Part shown: piece by piece, positions 57,190 through 64,000 of the stretch
Position numbering within the stretch: the first letter of the stretch is position 1
Layout of the letters: each line of letters opens with the position of its first letter
From: the human T2T-CHM13v2.0 reference genome, Homo sapiens
Reading direction: 5' to 3' (one strand)
NCBI RefSeq assembly: GCF_009914755.1
Contig: NC_060942.1
DNA length: 64,000 nt
Notes under the pieces: model-generated
Databases searched by the model: none
The model's input: the letters and a program-made list of their open reading frames with translations, nothing else
What the model was told of the DNA's origin: nothing
Made by a program: the position numbers and the translations under genes

Positions 57190-57580
57190 GTTTTCCTTCC
57201 CTTTGCCCTTCCCATGCCAAAGCTATCCTAAATTGGATATTTAATGTGTGGTATTCCTGTGTATTTCTTTATATATTTGTACTACATTTGTTATATATCT
57301 AAATAAGCATGTTTTTAAAACTAATTGGTATCACATTGAAGGTAATCATTTGAAATGTGCTTTTTTAGTTAAACATTTTATGAGTTTTGTTGTTGTTATG
57401 TGTGGCTCTAGTTCATTCATTTTCCACTGCTATTTAGTATTCCACTATATGAATATATCACAATTTACCCATTCTCTTGTTGGACATTTAGGGTGCTATT
57501 TTAAGTGATACTGCTCTTAACATTTCTTTATGTGTTTTTTGGTATATGTATATGATAATTTCTCTAGGATATAATTAATA
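57190..57580 (-). mobile_element. L1ME-like fragment
   Basis: ctctagttcattcattttccactgctatttagtattccactatatgaatatatcacaatttacccattctcttgttggacatttaggg. Confidence 0.75.
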
Positions 57581-58339
57581 TATAGAGAGAGCATTTGTGC
57601 ATATTGGACTATAAATTTTGTGTAGGTTTCTGTATATCATAGGATGCAGTCACCACTGCTCAGCAGATCCCCATGACATTTTGTTATGAAGCTTATTGGC
57701 TCTTTCAAAGGCATTTTTTTTTCTTAAATCTGACAATACTGGTATGTGGGTAATAAATAAAAATAATACTGTAGTCTTGATGTGATTATCATAGTGGAAC
57801 TCATCTTGTGAAGATATCTGAATGTGCTTACAGTGTCTCAATAAAATATTAATAGAATTTATGCTTAGGAGCCAGTTAATAGTTTTGAGGCTTGGACTAT
57901 TAGTCAGATGGTCATTCTTATGGTGTGAGTGTAAGTTAAAATTTTAATGGTTAATCTGGGTCCTGTCTTTCCCTTTCACAACAAAATAGCAAGCCTAGTT
58001 ATTGAGCAGACTATTCAGGGGTTCACTTTAATCAACAGCAGCATCTCAACCCAGGTCCACAGCCCCATCCCATTTAGGATCACATAGGTACGCACTAAAG
58101 ATAGAGTAGGTTGCCTTTTTCCAAGCAATTAGATGATTATCTTGCATCCAAAATATATATTTAGTTTTAGTTTTAACCTAGGCAAAAGACTTGAACCACA
58201 TGCAGGGATTAAAAAGTAAGTCGAAATTAGAGAAGCTACTGATCAACAAAAGACCTGAATTTTCCATTTCAATTCTTGCCATGTGTTTGCTTTTTTTAAG
58301 TTGATGCTGGAATTGAACACTGTAGTGGGTGATTTTGAA

Positions 58340-58522
58340 CCAGTGGCCACTTAGAAACTGCATGTCCTCAGGTAAATTATATAAAGCCTCAGTTTTCCCT
58401 ATCTACAAAACTGGGGCACAACCTTTATAGTATCTACTCCAAAAGGTTATTGTTACCACTAAGTGAAATACAGTGTGTTTACTACGGAGGACAGCACATA
58501 GTAGGCCCTCAGAAATGCTAAC
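58340..58522 (+). mobile_element. MIR (MIRb-like)
   Basis: gccacttag..ctgcatgtcctcaggtaaatta..gcctcagttttccctatctacaaaactgggg...gcacatagtaggccctcagaaatg. Confidence 0.75.
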
Positions 58523-58627
58523 CAGCATTATGTTAATATGCTGAAGTAGACTGAGTAAGGAAGTGATTAGTGGCTCAGTCACTGGATTTCTAATTACTCT
58601 CTTGCACTGCAACGAGTTGCTCTTGCT

Positions 58628-58802
58628 ACAAGTACTTCTTAAATTTTGCCAGAGCGTAGAAATTACCCAGTGTGTTTATAAATATTCACACTCCTAGGTT
58701 TCTCCTGATGATTCTGTCAATAAATCTGAAATGGTTTCTGGGAATCTCTTTTTAATAATAGCCTCAGGTAACTCTTGTATCCAGCATGTTTAGGAAACTG
58801 TA
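58628..58802. mobile_element. MER5A-like MITE
   Basis: tagaaattacccag...gattctg...aatctctttttaataatagcctcaggtaactcttgt...gtttaggaaac. Confidence 0.6.
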
Positions 58803-58956
58803 TTAATATATCTGAAAATGGCTTCATTTTTGTTGCTAGTAAGGGCTCACTGCAAACAAATGTAGTTGGGGCAAGAAGAAGCAGAAGTCTTGGTGAGGAA
58901 GGCTTATAGCTGTGGTAAACTGAACTTATTTAGGATTTTTTTCCCTGGGAAGTTAA

Positions 58957-64000
<5,044 letters not shown>

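Overview
Human (or great-ape) genomic DNA from inside one + strand gene, ARK2N (C18orf25/ARKL1, the Arkadia/RNF111 N-terminus-like gene). The window holds the 3' part of a long 5'-UTR intron, the first coding exon (ATG 30507, donor after 31221), a 23.4-kb intron, a 183-nt in-frame coding exon (54632-54814) and the start of the next intron. The promoter, the upstream exon(s) and the last coding exons lie outside. Much of the remaining sequence is repeats: about 72 Alu copies or fragments by manual count (about three quarters antisense, densest in the first 30 kb), plus old L1, L2, MIR, MaLR/ERVL LTR and DNA-transposon remnants. Most other ORFs in the track are Alu translation artefacts. I see no evidence for a new multi-gene system. 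The most unusual structure is at 15393-17477: two interleaved inverted duplications with junction repeats, which look like template-switch insertions. Also notable are a chimeric Alu-monomer insertion, a zero-spacer inverted Alu pair, and candidate RNA-processing signals (uORF, tandem acceptors, intronic polyA site, circRNA geometry, RBFOX motif, possible poison exons). Repeat boundaries and subfamily names are by-eye estimates.
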